Part shown: positions 61,278 through 64,000 of the stretch, piece by piece | Numbering within the stretch: the stretch's first letter is position 1 | Layout of the letters: each line of letters opens with the position of its first letter | NCBI GenBank assembly: GCA_977017575.1 | Contig: CDRNVI010000143.1 | Location: 375,003-439,002 of the forward strand | Direction of reading: 5' to 3' | DNA length: 64,000 nt | Origin: Paramoeba atlantica | Taxonomy: Eukaryota > Protista > Discosea | Program-made: the position numbers and the translations under genes | The notes under the pieces: generated by a model | Told to the model about the DNA's origin: nothing | Databases searched by the model: none | What the model saw: only the letters and a program-made list of their open reading frames with translations

Positions 61278-62971
61278 ATGAACAAATCATCGCAAGAAAT
61301 GGAAGAGTCGATGAATGAGAGACAAAAGGGAGGAAAAAAGCAAAAAGAGTCATACTGGAGGGTGTTTGAGCGGTTCTTGGCAGAACCCAGCAACAATGTC
61401 TCGTTTCATCCTGCAACTTCAAACAGACAAGAAATTTGTCGAGTCATGAAGAAATTCGCCTTCAATATGAAGAAGGAAAATGAAGACTCTTACTGCGATT
61501 CTTCAATGAAAACAATCTGGAATTCTGTTGCAAAACAAATTAACGAAAAGTTTTTTCAAGAACAACAACAAACCATCAACATTTTTGAGGATCCTGCTTT
61601 CAAAGCAGCACGAGCAGCACGAGACACAGCACGATCTCTGATCCAAAAAATCCCTGAAAAGAGAAAAGTTTCTGCCAGTGCAGTCACTGCAGAAGAAGCG
61701 ATTGCGATGGTAAATGTTTGGGGGATTGACACTCCTCAAGGACTAAACATGACCCTTTTTATCATTGCAGGCTTGTGTCTTGGCTGTTGAGGGAATGAGC
61801 AAGCACATTTTCGATTGAGTCACTTTCAATGGGAAACAAATGATTTTGGAGAAAAAACTGGTGTTTTGAGGTATCAAGCCATCCAAGATAAAAACCACCA
61901 GGGAGGGGATCGACCTATGCCTCCGCCAAAAGATTTGGAAAGAAGTAGTGTTTTGGATGGTGTCTTTATCGATCTTTATGCTGAAATGACTGCAAAACGT
62001 CCAGCACACCCAAAGGATGATCGTGTTTTTCTTCAGCCAAACGACACTCATGGTGCTTACCTCAAATCTGGGAATTGGTATAAGACCCAGCCTGTGGGAG
62101 AGAAAACAATTGGCAATTGGTTTAAAGAGACAGCCCAAAAAATAGGAATTGCCACTGATCAAATTGGAAAGAGATTCACAAACCAGAGTTTGCGCTCCAC
62201 TCTCGTCACTCTTTCTCTTGCTGCTGGAGGAAACCCCCATATGGTCATCAAGTTGACTGGACATGGCTCGATCTGATCCCTTGAATTCATACACTGATCC
62301 ATCAGCTGAACAACGAGGTAAACTCAAAAATAATGCATTTGGTGTTAGTGCACAATCTTCTTGTCCATCACCAGTTCTCTCATCAACTGTCTCTTCATCT
62401 GAACAACCAGTCCCACTTCCAGTCCCATCTCGACCCTCAGTTCCAATTTCATCTCGACCCCCAGTCCTATCTCGACCCTCATCTCGATCCACAGTCCCAT
62501 CTCAACCCTTAGTTCCAATTCCATCTTGATCCCCAGTTCCATATCAATCACCTCGAGTTGTCCCATTCCGACCTTCTCCAAGGAGCAGTCCCAGTCATCA
62601 TCCCCTTGTTGGTTTTCCATCCCCTCGTCCTCGAACACAGCAGTTTGTTTGTTCCCAACCACCCCCAACTCCTCCTGAAAAAGATTTATTTGAAGAAGCT
62701 GGTGAACTTCCAGTATATATATATCAACAAACACCCAGTCTTTGAGTCAGGAGAAGAGAATATGTCATACTATTTTCGGTTTGCTCCTGGGATGGAGTCG
62801 ATGGGACCTTTGTATCAACAGAGTTTTGTTCCTTCTTGTTCTCCTCTGGGAGGGGCAAATATTGGTGGGGGAAACCATTTTAAAGACTGTACCTTCAAGT
62901 TTTCAGAACCAAAAAAGAAGAAACAAAAGATTGAAGGAAAGGAGAACCTTGACAAAAGTGTCGGTGAATAA
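61278..62971 (+). pseudogene. Crypton-like (DUF3504-type) tyrosine recombinase pseudogene
   Basis: LGC*GNE (catalytic Arg codon is TGA at 61788-61790), KNHQGG, WYKTQPVGEKTIGNWFK, FTNQSLR, LTGH, LNSY (after a frameshift near 62270), C-terminal FKDCTFKF. Confidence 0.82.
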
Positions 62972-63030
62972 TAAAAATTTTGATCACTTTATATCATCAA
63001 ACTTTTCTCCAATAAAAAGATTCTTGTCCA

Positions 63031-63172
63031 AAAAAAAGTCAGGAAAATTGATGGCAGACGCATCCTTCGTCCAGAGAAAAGTTCGAGTTGAGACGAGCCG
63101 AAGGCGAGTCGAGAACGAGAACTTTTCTCTGGACGAAGGATGCGTCTGCCATCAATTTTTTCGACTTTTTTT
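63031..63172. repeat. Foldback hairpin with 41 bp perfect arms (63044-63084, 63119-63159) and decayed outer arms
   Basis: AAAATTGATGGCAGACGCATCCTTCGTCCAGAGAAAAGTTC and its exact reverse complement; 34 nt spacer containing GAC-GA-GCC-GAA-GGC-GA-GTC. Confidence 0.92.
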
Positions 63173-63259
63173 TCAGGACTCGAACTTTTGTACCCGAAAA
63201 AAAGAAAAAAAAAGAAAAGAAAAAAGAAAAAAAAAAAGAAAAAGAAAAAGAAAAAAAAC

Positions 63260-63332
63260 AGCCCCCGGCGGGGCTCGAACCCGCGGCCACTAGATTAAGA
63301 GTCTAGCGCTCTACCGACTGAGCTACGGAGGC
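63260..63332 (-). tRNA. tRNA-Lys(CTT)
   Basis: GCCTCCG/CGGGGGC, CTAGA-CTCTTAA-TCTAG, GCGGG-TTCGAGC-CCCGC. Confidence 0.97.
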
Positions 63333-64000
63333 AATTTGATAAAAATCGAAAAAAAAAATGGGTTTAAAAAGGATTGGGGGAGATACGACACCACCACGAA
63401 AACCTCCCCCCCCCTTCCTTCAAGTCACCAACCAAATTGAAACAATTGTGGAAATTATGTATTTTGGCAATATATCCCCCATCCCCCCCAACAAAATTGG
63501 TGCTACTGTGGCGTATTTACGGAGGTGGTGTGCGAGTCAAAACCCAATCTTCATGTCCATTCTGGAAAATTCCCAAAGAGGCTGCAACATTTGTTTATGT
63601 GAACAAATATTATAACCTTTTTAGTCTTATTAAATCTCAACAAAACAGTGTGTTCTTCCTTTGAACAAACCCCCTCCCAATTAAAGACCCCCCCCCTCCA
63701 AAAAAAAAAACAAGGTGCGCCACCACAGAAAAAAGGTACACAATTCCCACAAAAACACCTACATTCACCATTTTATCGAACGAAAAACCCAAACCATCCC
63801 CACAAAGCAAACCTCATTTGTATTAACAAAAAACAGAAAGAGAAAAACCATAGTGTGTCTGTGGAAACTTTTTGGATCTTAAAAAAAAAAGAGAAACCAA
63901 AAAATCAAAAAAAAAAAATCAAAAGAAAAATCAAAAGAAAAACCTGCACATCAATTAAAACCCTCTTCTAGAAAAACACCAACCCCACAAAAAACCACAC

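Overview
Eukaryotic nuclear DNA, AT-rich, with short GT-AG introns. The 2.1 kb expanded 18S resembles, from memory and unverified, an amoebozoan such as Paramoeba/Neoparamoeba. Two minus-strand rDNA transcription units (partial 28S-5.8S-18S at 1-3608; complete 28S-5.8S-18S at 51509-58344) lie about 54.7 kb apart and differ at many sites. The ~48 kb between them holds one antisense 5S gene, ten full tRNA genes each with a different anticodon (an eleventh, Lys-CTT, lies at 63.3 kb) and a nest of transposons. These are an intact chromodomain Ty3/Gypsy with identical LTRs, a decayed Gypsy, a Copia remnant, a hAT, a PIF/Harbinger, a pogo remnant, two Crypton-like tyrosine recombinase pseudogenes and MITE-like elements. 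The standout is a 4821 bp Mutator (MULE) element at 17600-22420 with 32 bp TIRs and a perfect 9 bp TSD. It carries an intact 7-exon DDE transposase and, convergently, an intact TET/JBP-like 2OG-Fe(II) dioxygenase. Old elements in the window show CpG-to-TpG/CpA decay, which suggests 5mC silencing that a transposon-borne TET could counter or modulate (hypothesis). Most short ORFs in the supplied track are microsatellite artefacts. All domain calls are by-eye motif recognition, not database searches.
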